The notes under the pieces are model-generated. The model was given only the letters and a program-made list of their open reading frames with translations, had not been told where the DNA came from and did no database searches. Both the position numbers and the translations under genes were made by a program. Below are positions 17,302 to 26,479 of a stretch of DNA of 45,334 nucleotides, one piece after another. This DNA comes from a virus. Lineage: Duplodnaviria > Caudoviricetes. The stretch covers positions 1 through 45,334 of the IMG/VR virus record IMGVR_UViG_3300022699_000354. One strand, 5' to 3'. The stretch's first letter is position 1. Each line of letters begins with the position of its first letter.

Positions 17302-17685
17302 TTACACTTTCGCTCTCTCATCTAAATGTAGTTTAAGGAATATAGAATTCGATATTTGCTCCGGAAGGCTTTCCCTTTTATTCCTGTCCCCCTTTGTGAA
17401 ATCGTTAATTTCGTTCGGAGATATTACATTATCGTACCTCTCTTGCAGTTTATTTGCGGGGTCAGGGTTGATATAATATATTTCCCCCTTATACCCCTTT
17501 GCGAAAACAGATTTCCCTATCTCGGGGGCTTGGTCGACTCTCAGGTCTATAAAAATAACCCGATAATCTTTCCAGCTTTCGATAAGATTATGTGAATATT
17601 CTCCTGTATAAAAATCGGCATGTTGACATATTTCAAGAAGGGAACTTTCCGGTATGCTTAAAACAGCTATTTTTTTATCAAACAT
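17302..17685 (-). CDS. Hypothetical protein, possible degenerate CheY-like receiver fold
   Basis: KIAVL...YRVIFIDL...GYKGEIYYI alternating beta/alpha pattern. Confidence 0.5.
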   Translation of the reverse strand: MFDKKIAVLSIPESSLLEICQHADFYTGEYSHNLIESWKDYRVIFIDLRVDQAPEIGKSVFAKGYKGEIYYINPDPANKLQERYDNVISPNEINDFTKGDRNKRESLPEQISNSIFLKLHLDERAKV

Positions 17686-17686
17686 A

Positions 17687-20104
17687 TTAGTCCTCTTCAA
17701 TACTTAAAAGGTCAAACTCGGTCTCCCAATTTACCGGGTCTATTCGTATACCGGTTATACGATATGATTTTACGAAAATCTCTTCTCCGTCTTGGTCGTT
17801 ATAGGGGACCCTTACAACGTCGTTTAGTTCGAGCATAGGTAACATAGGTGCTCGAAGACGAAAAGAAGACCTCGGCTCTTTGAATAACTCATAATATCTT
17901 ATACAAATAGAATTAGCAATATTAACATTATCGGACGTTAAAAGATTACCCCCGGATATGGTTAATTCCCTCTCCCCGTATTTATCGATTGAATTCGGGC
18001 TTGATTCCCCTTCGGTATTGGGAGAGATTATTTCAGTAAATTCTCCGAACTCAGCCTTGACGATATTGTACAATCGTCCGAGCCCAAGATCGTAATCCAT
18101 TATCTCAATAACAGATACCGAGTCTTGAAATATAAAGGCGGGAGTACCCGACTTGGACCGCTGAATAAAAAAGAATTGTCCGAGTCCGTCGAAACCGAAT
18201 TGATATCCTGATATTTTTGCAAGCTCGACAAGAGCGTCCCAACAGGAAAGCCCTGTAAAATCAGCAAGTTCAATCGATACCGAAGTTTTAGTCCAAGACA
18301 GAGTAATCGAATCAACCTCCGGAGTCTCATTTTGATTGCTTCCGAGAGCGACTCTGTATTTTAAATATCTATCGGTCGTCGATTGTATTTGCCCTCCCGG
18401 ACCTATAACTTTATAAGATTCCCAAGTCGAATCATCCGGGGAGCTTGAAGTAAATATAACGATTTCACCTTCTGTCTTTAAGTCCGCCGAATATGTTAAT
18501 AAATTAAAATCTGTAACGGTTCCTCCCCCGGACTCACAATCTATAGAATTAGAATCATAGGTTCCGGCCTTTGCATAGTCCCCGGCCGGGTGGCAAACTG
18601 TTAAATCTTTTGTCGAATCTCCCGGTTCTAATATTCTTCGAACGGTATATGTATCCCCTTCGGAAAAATATTGACTTAAATCAACTTCTCTATAATGAGT
18701 TGTATAAATCGTCCCGAAAGAAATAACACTACTCCATACAACAGTTGAACCGTCAATTACTTCTATTTTTCCTTGATTTCCAAAAGGAGAAGACCCTTTA
18801 AAATCGGCCTCAATTCTTGTATATGTCTGAGAAGGTTCCATAGTACCCGTATTATCTACATTAATATTTGAAGCCCCGGAATTCGAATATTCGCTTGAAT
18901 CCGAAATATCAGTTGTAGAACAAAAGTCAGCAAGCCTAAGTTTGTCCGAATCGCACTCTATATTCTCATATGTCCCCCCCGTCCATTCCGAACATTCGTC
19001 CTCAGTATGATATTCGATTGCTCCCTCAAAAACAACCGGGTCAATTTCATAGGAAGTAATACCGGCATGAGATAGGAGATATTCGACAAGTTCTTCTATT
19101 TTTTTATCACGGTACCAATATATATAATCTGCATATACATTTTGTCCTGAAGTCGGAGCGACTTCAAATTGAATTTGACCCGGATTATCGTAATCTGATA
19201 GATTCGAAATAGAATATTCGACGCCCCGCTCTTTTTTCGTTGTATCGATTCTAACTTCGTCAACTCGGCCAACACCTCTCTTAGAGGTCTCGAATGTTTT
19301 TACCGAGCCGTCCGTTCCATACTTTATGATTCTGTATGTATCTCCGTCCCTAATTCCGTCTGAATATAAATTATCACCGGTACACTCAAGGCGAGTTGCA
19401 GTATTGCCGTCGATATCGTATTCATTACCGGCCCCGTCCCCTGAAATCATTCTCAAAATATAGCCGGACCATTCGTCGGCCGTCCATGATTTCGTACTAT
19501 CATAAAAATAACCGTTCGTATCATTGCTCGGGTCGGAGGTTGCCTCTCCCGATTCATACCGAGCGTAAAGCTCTTCGTTTGTAACAACATTGGAAGCCTC
19601 TTCAGCGCTCAAATTTTTTAATATAGACTCTTTTCCTTTTACTTGTATAGAAACTTCATCTGAGGCGGGCCGGTATACTATATTCTCAATAACACCGTCA
19701 AAAACATATAGATAATTGTCCTTTGAATCTCCCGTCTCGGAAGGATCAAACCCGGGATAATTATACACCCCTTTGTCTATATATGCTCCTATTATTATTT
19801 TTATTTCTGATTTGTACGGAACATAATCAGAACCGGACCGGCTCCAAATTGAACTTGAATATCCTTTGTCCCAAATATTGTCGGAATTATCCGCAACTAT
19901 ATTTAGGTTTGAAACCTTCCACTCATTAAGACCCTCAGTGTCGAGCTTCCAATTTATCGGGTCTATAGAAATAATATAATTTTCAAGGTCTATTGCGGAA
20001 TCAAGGGTCCCGTCTTCCTGTCTTCTTTTCAGCTCGACTCGAGCGAAATAATGTACAGATTCTTTCGGGAATTCCTGAATAAGGGAATCATCAATATCTC
20101 TCAT
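17687..20104 (-). CDS. Tail tip / baseplate hub protein with inserted domains
   Basis: Two genes downstream of the tape measure; SCWDALVELA...FGFDGLGQFFF, SIDKYGERE, LELNDVV hub motifs. Confidence 0.8.
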   Translation of the reverse strand: MRDIDDSLIQEFPKESVHYFARVELKRRQEDGTLDSAIDLENYIISIDPINWKLDTEGLNEWKVSNLNIVADNSDNIWDKGYSSSIWSRSGSDYVPYKSEIKIIIGAYIDKGVYNYPGFDPSETGDSKDNYLYVFDGVIENIVYRPASDEVSIQVKGKESILKNLSAEEASNVVTNEELYARYESGEATSDPSNDTNGYFYDSTKSWTADEWSGYILRMISGDGAGNEYDIDGNTATRLECTGDNLYSDGIRDGDTYRIIKYGTDGSVKTFETSKRGVGRVDEVRIDTTKKERGVEYSISNLSDYDNPGQIQFEVAPTSGQNVYADYIYWYRDKKIEELVEYLLSHAGITSYEIDPVVFEGAIEYHTEDECSEWTGGTYENIECDSDKLRLADFCSTTDISDSSEYSNSGASNINVDNTGTMEPSQTYTRIEADFKGSSPFGNQGKIEVIDGSTVVWSSVISFGTIYTTHYREVDLSQYFSEGDTYTVRRILEPGDSTKDLTVCHPAGDYAKAGTYDSNSIDCESGGGTVTDFNLLTYSADLKTEGEIVIFTSSSPDDSTWESYKVIGPGGQIQSTTDRYLKYRVALGSNQNETPEVDSITLSWTKTSVSIELADFTGLSCWDALVELAKISGYQFGFDGLGQFFFIQRSKSGTPAFIFQDSVSVIEIMDYDLGLGRLYNIVKAEFGEFTEIISPNTEGESSPNSIDKYGERELTISGGNLLTSDNVNIANSICIRYYELFKEPRSSFRLRAPMLPMLELNDVVRVPYNDQDGEEIFVKSYRITGIRIDPVNWETEFDLLSIEED

Positions 20105-20934
20105 ACTTGCTCTATTTCAATTCTGAAATCGGAACCGGCCCCTTTCCATTGAACCGAATACGGAAATCTTAGAGAGTCGACAAATTGAGCCTCAAAACAA
20201 TAAAGAGGTCTGTCTTTAGGTTCTGGATATATTACAAAAGAATTATTTTCTTTCCAAATATCCTCTATTGTCTCGAGGGTACTTTCCGTGAGAAACTCGA
20301 AACCGAAGCTTACTCTTCTCTTTTCAAACTCCGTAAATTTTTTTGCCTTTCCAGATTTTAACCGGAATCTTCCGCCCCCCTCAAATATGGAAGGTTCGTA
20401 TATATCGAAATCCGGGAGAGTTAATCTTTCCTTGCAAACAATAATTTCACCGGCGTATTTTTCCGCGTCGGCCGTTTGAGTTGTAAGAATATCAATTCTC
20501 AGGTCGCCGGAAGTAACAGAGCTATCAAGCGATATAGTTGTATAAGAATCTGATTCTGAAAATTTTCCGACAACAGTATTACTGCTATTTGAATATATTT
20601 CGAAAAGTTTCCAGTTATGATTCAGTATTATAATCGTATCAAATTCTCTATCGACGGTATTATAAGGGTCGTAAAAATCTATATCTATTCGTTCGGTGGT
20701 AGAATCGTCTGAACCCGAAGACTCCCATTTTGTATCAGGATCTCCGTCTCCAAGCCAACTTTTTTTGTCTGAGCCAGAAGTAACAGTTAAATTGCTCCAA
20801 ACAGCCTCCCAATCTTCAACTTGGGACTTGAAATAATCAGGGGTAAATATTGTCGGATAATCAAGAACAGTCTCAGGGTCGTAATATTGCGAAGCCTTTA
20901 TACTAAATAAATTTTCTTGAAAACTTATACTCAT
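20101..20934 (-). CDS. Distal tail protein-like
   Basis: Immediately after the tape measure; beta-rich. Confidence 0.65.
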   Translation of the reverse strand: MSISFQENLFSIKASQYYDPETVLDYPTIFTPDYFKSQVEDWEAVWSNLTVTSGSDKKSWLGDGDPDTKWESSGSDDSTTERIDIDFYDPYNTVDREFDTIIILNHNWKLFEIYSNSSNTVVGKFSESDSYTTISLDSSVTSGDLRIDILTTQTADAEKYAGEIIVCKERLTLPDFDIYEPSIFEGGGRFRLKSGKAKKFTEFEKRRVSFGFEFLTESTLETIEDIWKENNSFVIYPEPKDRPLYCFEAQFVDSLRFPYSVQWKGAGSDFRIEIEQV

Positions 20935-23228
20935 ACGGAATCCCCCGAGTTCTTTTTACCTGAATTGTATGCTTTCTGAGCAAGCTTAACGCCCTTATTG
21001 GTCCTATTTTCTATCTCCCGCCCTATACGGTCTATGATTATTCCGACGTTTTCGTCCGACGTTGAACCAACATTTATAGATATGTTTTGAGACAGGTTCA
21101 CTCCGCCCCCTCCCCGGACCATACCCCCGGACTGATAAGCGCCTCCCCGGGGTGATGTACCGCGCTGTATCCCCTGAACGAGAGAGGACGGAACTGTACC
21201 GGTTCTTTTTATAGAATTTACCATATTCCTTGGTATTACATATTCTCCCGAATGAGCAATTATAGGAACTGCTCCGCCCGATTGAAATTCCGGTATAGGT
21301 CCTCCCTTCTTAAACCCGAGAAATCCTCCGAATCCTCCCCCGATATCGAGACCAAATCCAGCCGTAAGGGTCTTAAATACTAACCATTTTGCTATCATAT
21401 CTGTAATGGTTTTTATTACGGTCTTCTTTATATTTTTCCAAGCGCTGGACATTGCATCTTTCGCCGATTTAGCTCCGAGTATTACGTCCGACATTGCTTG
21501 AGAAAAATTATTGGTAAACGCGTTAACGGCCGAAGTCGCGACTCCGGACCATTCTCCCATTTTCTGACTCGCGAAATCCGCAAAATCTTTATAGAGAACT
21601 TTCCTCGTTTGAGTTTCGTCTCGAGACGTTTCTTTGTTTTTTCGGGTGGTTTCCTGACTTTTTAAGGTAATTTCGTCCATTAACCCGGAAATGTTATCTT
21701 TAATTTTTTGATAGGAAGGAAGTACATCTCCCGGTAATTCACCGATTATATCTTTCAGTTTTTCCATTCCCTCGGACCCGGCTTCTGGAAATGTAGACCT
21801 GAGTTCCTCGTATGAATCTTCGAAACTCTTCGGCAATTCGTCCGAAAAAAGCGACTCGGCCTTTTTTCTAATATCTTCCATGCTATCAGCCGAATCAATT
21901 TCAAGCTTCGACCATGTCGCCTCAAACCCCTTTAGAAGTCCCGACCATTCCGGAGGCTCGACTTCTTCGTCCTTCCAAAATTTCATTTTTGAAACTGCAT
22001 AGTCGCCCCAATCCCCTATATAATCGGAAAAATTAGAAAACGATTTTACGACAAGGTCGAACATATTTTTTATAGAGTTTACGAAGTTTTCTCCGAGCCA
22101 ATTCCCAAGGTTTACAATGTTCTTTAAAGTCGTTTTTACATGCTCCCAAACAAGAGAGAAGTAAAAAACTATTTCCTCGTAAAGTTGCTGTCCGGACCAT
22201 ACGATATTATTTACAATAGTATCCCAAGAAGCTTTAATAAAAGCGATTATATCATACATTTTATCTTTTATAATAGAAGATATAGCAGACAGTATAATAT
22301 CTATATTGTCTTTTAGGAATATACTTTGCTGTATAAGGTTGCTAACCCCGGTGGAAAAGGTTTTCCAAAGCCAAGTTATCGCCGGGCCGAACTTATCGAC
22401 AAGCAATATGGACCCCTCGACCATTTGCTTAAACCAAACAGAGAACTCAGAACGTATAGTCGGGAGATTCTCTTTTGTAACCGTCGCGACCCCCTCCAAA
22501 CTCGGGAGCAATTCCTGAGACATAGATACAAATACCCCTTTTATTCCTGCCTTTACAGCGGTAAGCTGATCGTCAAATCGTTTCATGTCTGCTGTAGTTT
22601 TATCCGATAGCACTATACCGAGGCGCTCGGCTTCGTCTCCCAAGCCTTCTATTGCGTCTCTCCCGAGTTTTAAAAATGGTACGAGATTCTTACCGGACCG
22701 ACCGAGCAATTGCTGAGCAACGGCCATTTTATCGGTATCGGAGGCTCCGCTGACCATGTAGTCGGAAATCTCAAGAAGTACATCAGCGGTGTTTTTTAGA
22801 TTCCCTTCAGTATCTCTTATTTCTATACCCGCTTGTCTGAAGGCTCGGGTATATGTTTCCATTCCAAATCCAGCCTCGTTAATCCGCCTCGCGAGTACAG
22901 GTATAGAACGGGTAAGGTCTTCAGTAGAACCGTGTTCCTGTTCCATTGCATATGCAAGCCTTGACGTCTCTTCGGCTGTAAGACCTGTCGATTTCCTGAG
23001 GTTGTCCATTTCAAGACCATAATCTATAGCCTTTTTAACCCCGACGGCCATCACACCGGACAAGGCAACTACAGACGCTCCGACTCCGGCGAGAACTTTT
23101 TTTGTCTTATCCCCGAAAAGCTTAAACTTTTTTCTCGTTTTATCAAGGCTCTTGTCAACATTCCCGAAAGTCTTTTTCATTGCTTTCGAGTTTGCATCAA
23201 CGATTATTTGTATTACATTCTTAGCCAA
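20931..23228 (-). CDS. Tail tape measure protein
   Basis: 765 aa, helical, aromatic periodicity, TGLTAEE...LLGRSG core, FQSGG...AHSGEYVIP C-terminus. Confidence 0.93.
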   Translation of the reverse strand: MAKNVIQIIVDANSKAMKKTFGNVDKSLDKTRKKFKLFGDKTKKVLAGVGASVVALSGVMAVGVKKAIDYGLEMDNLRKSTGLTAEETSRLAYAMEQEHGSTEDLTRSIPVLARRINEAGFGMETYTRAFRQAGIEIRDTEGNLKNTADVLLEISDYMVSGASDTDKMAVAQQLLGRSGKNLVPFLKLGRDAIEGLGDEAERLGIVLSDKTTADMKRFDDQLTAVKAGIKGVFVSMSQELLPSLEGVATVTKENLPTIRSEFSVWFKQMVEGSILLVDKFGPAITWLWKTFSTGVSNLIQQSIFLKDNIDIILSAISSIIKDKMYDIIAFIKASWDTIVNNIVWSGQQLYEEIVFYFSLVWEHVKTTLKNIVNLGNWLGENFVNSIKNMFDLVVKSFSNFSDYIGDWGDYAVSKMKFWKDEEVEPPEWSGLLKGFEATWSKLEIDSADSMEDIRKKAESLFSDELPKSFEDSYEELRSTFPEAGSEGMEKLKDIIGELPGDVLPSYQKIKDNISGLMDEITLKSQETTRKNKETSRDETQTRKVLYKDFADFASQKMGEWSGVATSAVNAFTNNFSQAMSDVILGAKSAKDAMSSAWKNIKKTVIKTITDMIAKWLVFKTLTAGFGLDIGGGFGGFLGFKKGGPIPEFQSGGAVPIIAHSGEYVIPRNMVNSIKRTGTVPSSLVQGIQRGTSPRGGAYQSGGMVRGGGGVNLSQNISINVGSTSDENVGIIIDRIGREIENRTNKGVKLAQKAYNSGKKNSGDSV

Positions 23229-23229
23229 A

Positions 23230-23783
23230 TTAGAAATTTCCTTTTTTTAAACTGTCAAGGTCTGATTTCGCCTTTGCTTTAGCAATAAATTTATTTCTCT
23301 TTGCTAAATACGCAAGAAAAGTCGTCCAAGGCATTTTCATAACCTCAGAATGTGGCCAGCCGTAAAACTCCCAAAAATTAAAGAACAGGTCGGCTATGTC
23401 TATTCGGATTGAGTCTCTTTTTTTTTAGAGGAACTCTCTTCGTCTACCGGAACATCAGAACCCCCGGAAAATTCCATAATACCTTGATAAAGCCAATCGA
23501 CAAGAGGTCCTATATGACGGACCCTTATTTTCGATTTGAGCTCTTCCTTGGTTAAATCAGGGTTGTGTCCCTCGAAGAATTTCCATATCTGCTCGAGTAA
23601 AGTTTCAATTTGTGAAGAGTTAGAACCCCCGTCTTCTTCTTGATATTCCGTCCATTTCTGCATGATTTTTAAAGCATCTTCTACAGAGATGTCAGAGGCG
23701 ACCTTATACTCTTTTCCCTCGAGCCTTACAATTCTCGGTTCAGGAACGAACTTGTCTAAGTTTAGAATTTCTTGCTTCGCCAT
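23230..23783 (-). CDS. Tail assembly chaperone long form via -1 frameshift (gpGT-like)
   Basis: A9G slippery run at 23417-23426; the -1 frame reads RDSIRIDIADLFFNFWEFYGWPHSEVMKMPW...GNF to a stop at 23230. Confidence 0.85.
23400..23783 (-). CDS. Tail assembly chaperone (gpG-like)
   Basis: Lies between tail tube and tape measure; ends SSKKKETQSE. Confidence 0.85.
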   Translation of the reverse strand: MAKQEILNLDKFVPEPRIVRLEGKEYKVASDISVEDALKIMQKWTEYQEEDGGSNSSQIETLLEQIWKFFEGHNPDLTKEELKSKIRVRHIGPLVDWLYQGIMEFSGGSDVPVDEESSSKKKETQSE

Positions 23784-23801
23784 TTGTTATCCTTTCAAAA
23801 A

Positions 23802-24791
23802 TTATGTAACGCTTCCGTATTCGTCAATAGTATTTACGAGCTCTATATCAAGGACTTTACTATCAGAAACGGAGTAATAAGCGTCAAAATCAACAGCCGA
23901 CGCGAGAACACCGTCTACATCCTCATAAGGATACGCCTTATATATAACATTGTAAAGAGTAATTTCGAGCTTGTAATCGTTTGACATGTCAATCGGATTC
24001 CCTATACATTCAATCCAGAATTTCTGAGCAGTTGAATTTAAGAAATCGTCTCTTTGTGCGGAGTCCGTAAAATGTATTGTAAATGAACCGGATACTTCCG
24101 GTTTATTCGGAGATACAACGTCTTGAACAAGAGCGCTCTGGTTTATCGTATCTTTCCCGAATGTATCGTCTGAAAAATCAAAAGACATCTCGACAATCTC
24201 TCCGTTCGGTGAACCGGGCTTTGAAGCTATTGCATCAGCGATATATATACCCGTATCGATATTTGTAAATGGATTCGGCTCTACTACAGAAGGAATAGAA
24301 AGAGACGAAGACGCCTCGTTCTTGCAAATTATATCGAAATCAGAAACGAGTTTCCCGGCGGTCGGGATACTTAGAGACATACCTGCAACTACCGAAAGAA
24401 GGTAAGCCATTTTGTTAACGCTTCTATCAAATACAATTGTATAAGACGGTTTCTGCAACCCGGACGACCGAGTAAATGTATGTGTGTAGACCGAACCAGC
24501 AACAGTCTCAACGGTACTAACACTGCCAAGCAGAGAATGTAGGAAATACCCGAAGGTCTCAGGTTCGACCGGTACGCCGGTAATAGACCCCTCTCCCATA
24601 TCTCCCGTTTTATTAGGCGCAAATCTCGACTTTATTCCTCGTACTTTTTCGTCTTCCTCATACTCTGGACCAAAATCTATATTTGAATCAAGGTCGCAAG
24701 GTACGAGAGCCTCAAGAGTCGAAGCCTCTGTCCCCCGGGTACCTTCGTACCCGAGAGCTACCGCTTTTTCATAATTAGTATATTCAGCCAT
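23802..24791 (-). CDS. Major tail tube protein
   Basis: ALGYEGTRGT, YTHTFT, PSYTIVF, VSGSFT, IELVNT motifs; position in the tail cluster. Confidence 0.88.
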   Translation of the reverse strand: MAEYTNYEKAVALGYEGTRGTEASTLEALVPCDLDSNIDFGPEYEEDEKVRGIKSRFAPNKTGDMGEGSITGVPVEPETFGYFLHSLLGSVSTVETVAGSVYTHTFTRSSGLQKPSYTIVFDRSVNKMAYLLSVVAGMSLSIPTAGKLVSDFDIICKNEASSSLSIPSVVEPNPFTNIDTGIYIADAIASKPGSPNGEIVEMSFDFSDDTFGKDTINQSALVQDVVSPNKPEVSGSFTIHFTDSAQRDDFLNSTAQKFWIECIGNPIDMSNDYKLEITLYNVIYKAYPYEDVDGVLASAVDFDAYYSVSDSKVLDIELVNTIDEYGSVT

Positions 24792-24815
24792 TTTATTTTC
24801 TCCCTTTAAATAAAG

Positions 24816-25577
24816 TTAGTTTCCCGGATAGGAAGTGTAATTTAAAATTATTGCGAGTAAATGCAAGTCCCAAGCCTCATTATTCTGTATCTCAAGGCGT
24901 CCGAAATCTCCGGCCTCAACGCTCGAAAACAAATCTGTTACTTGTATTGCTTCCCACTTATTATAGGCGAGGTCGTAAGTAGAAGATGTATCGCTCTCTG
25001 TATTGGTAAGAGGCGATTCTCCAAGTCCGGCGTAAGCAGATTCGAAATCAATATCGGTTGCTGAGTCAGCGTTTCCAGATATTATTATTACATTTATATC
25101 AATGATGGTGTGTAAATCATCTGGAAAATATATGTTTACTCTTGTCGCTCCCCCTCCTGAAGGTATTACATCAATCTTATATCCATCGTAAGTACCGTCC
25201 ATATCGCTCTGGAAAATCTTATATTTCTTGGTTAAGTTTTCCAACGCGTCGTAAATAGAGTCGCCCGGAACATTAGAGCTGTTATTCAAAAAAATATCTC
25301 TCGGGAAAGCCGGATAATATTCCTCTACTAAATCAGAATATCCAGTTTTAGATATTACAGTTTTTATAACAACGTTATTCGTATCAAATGGAATCCAGAA
25401 CTCAAAGTAACCGTTGCTTTCGGTTTGTATATTGGTACCTGAACCTGATTCCGTCTCATACACCGTTATTTCGGTAGCCGTACCGGCCTGATAGATAGTT
25501 ACATCAGCATTATCATAAACAAGAAGGTCTCCCCCTGATTCCCGGACAGCTATACCACTTATCTTTTTTCGGGACAT
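24816..25577 (-). CDS. Virion structural protein with tailspike head-binding-like N-terminus
   Basis: ADVTIYQAGT...TVY...IQTESNGYFEFW. Confidence 0.55.
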   Translation of the reverse strand: MSRKKISGIAVRESGGDLLVYDNADVTIYQAGTATEITVYETESGSGTNIQTESNGYFEFWIPFDTNNVVIKTVISKTGYSDLVEEYYPAFPRDIFLNNSSNVPGDSIYDALENLTKKYKIFQSDMDGTYDGYKIDVIPSGGGATRVNIYFPDDLHTIIDINVIIISGNADSATDIDFESAYAGLGESPLTNTESDTSSTYDLAYNKWEAIQVTDLFSSVEAGDFGRLEIQNNEAWDLHLLAIILNYTSYPGN

Positions 25578-25784
25578 TTATTCGTCTCCCTCCTCTTCCC
25601 CCTCTTCCTCTTCAGTGGATTTGCTGGGCTTGTCTAATACTTCGAAATTATTGTCTTGAATTAAAACTTCGGCCAATTCAGAATCTTTTCTAACTGTAAT
25701 CTCTTCCTCTTTTTCATACCCAACAACCTTACGTCCTTCTCCCGGTACAAAAACGCAACAGTCCCTCAAACATTTTATTTTCAT
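25578..25784 (-). CDS. Small hypothetical protein with acidic tail
   Basis: Translationally coupled in the late operon. Confidence 0.6.
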   Translation of the reverse strand: MKIKCLRDCCVFVPGEGRKVVGYEKEEEITVRKDSELAEVLIQDNNFEVLDKPSKSTEEEEGEEEGDE

Positions 25785-26161
25785 TATCTATCCTTCCGAG
25801 AAAATTCTTTTTTGAGTTCCCGGAAACTTGTTATTTTGTATTCTTCTTTCAAGAAGGCATAAAAATCAGTTCCGGAAACATACTTAGACTTATTGTCGAT
25901 TTCGTCTTTCCAATCATAAACAGAATCAAACTTTTTCGGGTCTATAGAACGAAGATCTTTTAAATCCATTCTGATATCCCGTAGAACTTCTTTAGACGTC
26001 TCCGACATGTCGGCCCCGTCCATTGCAATTGCTCGAATGTCTATATCGTTTAGAGGTTGCCCCTCAGGAAGTCCCCGCCCTCTATGGTCTTTAAAATAAC
26101 CAGCGGGAGAACCGTTAAGCATTAACTCAACCATTTTATCAGCGAGTTCTTGTTTTTTCAT
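25784..26161 (-). CDS. Hypothetical protein
   Basis: Overlapping start/stop with neighbours. Confidence 0.65.
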   Translation of the reverse strand: MKKQELADKMVELMLNGSPAGYFKDHRGRGLPEGQPLNDIDIRAIAMDGADMSETSKEVLRDIRMDLKDLRSIDPKKFDSVYDWKDEIDNKSKYVSGTDFYAFLKEEYKITSFRELKKEFSRKDR

Positions 26162-26478
26162 TTGTTATCCTTTTGAGATATAGCCTCATGGACAATCGAA
26201 TTTATAAAATCTGAAACAGTAAGATTTTTCAAATTTATTTCATTACCGGTGAATGTCTCAATTCCGTTAATAACACCTTGTACATTCATAGGGACTTCTG
26301 AAATGTCAATAGATATATTTTCACGTTTTTTGACTTCGTGTTCGTCGGAAGACAATTCGACCTCTCCCGAAAGTATATCTTTATCACCTCTAAAAAGGGA
26401 GACTTTCCTTACTCTTTGTTTGTTAAATGTTATTTCTGAATCGACAGATACAACCTTCTTTTTGTCTACATCTTTCAT
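26158..26478 (-). CDS. Hypothetical protein
   Basis: AAGGAG RBS; coupled to the tailspike stop. Confidence 0.65.
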   Translation of the reverse strand: MKDVDKKKVVSVDSEITFNKQRVRKVSLFRGDKDILSGEVELSSDEHEVKKRENISIDISEVPMNVQGVINGIETFTGNEINLKNLTVSDFINSIVHEAISQKDNK

Positions 26479-26479
26479 G

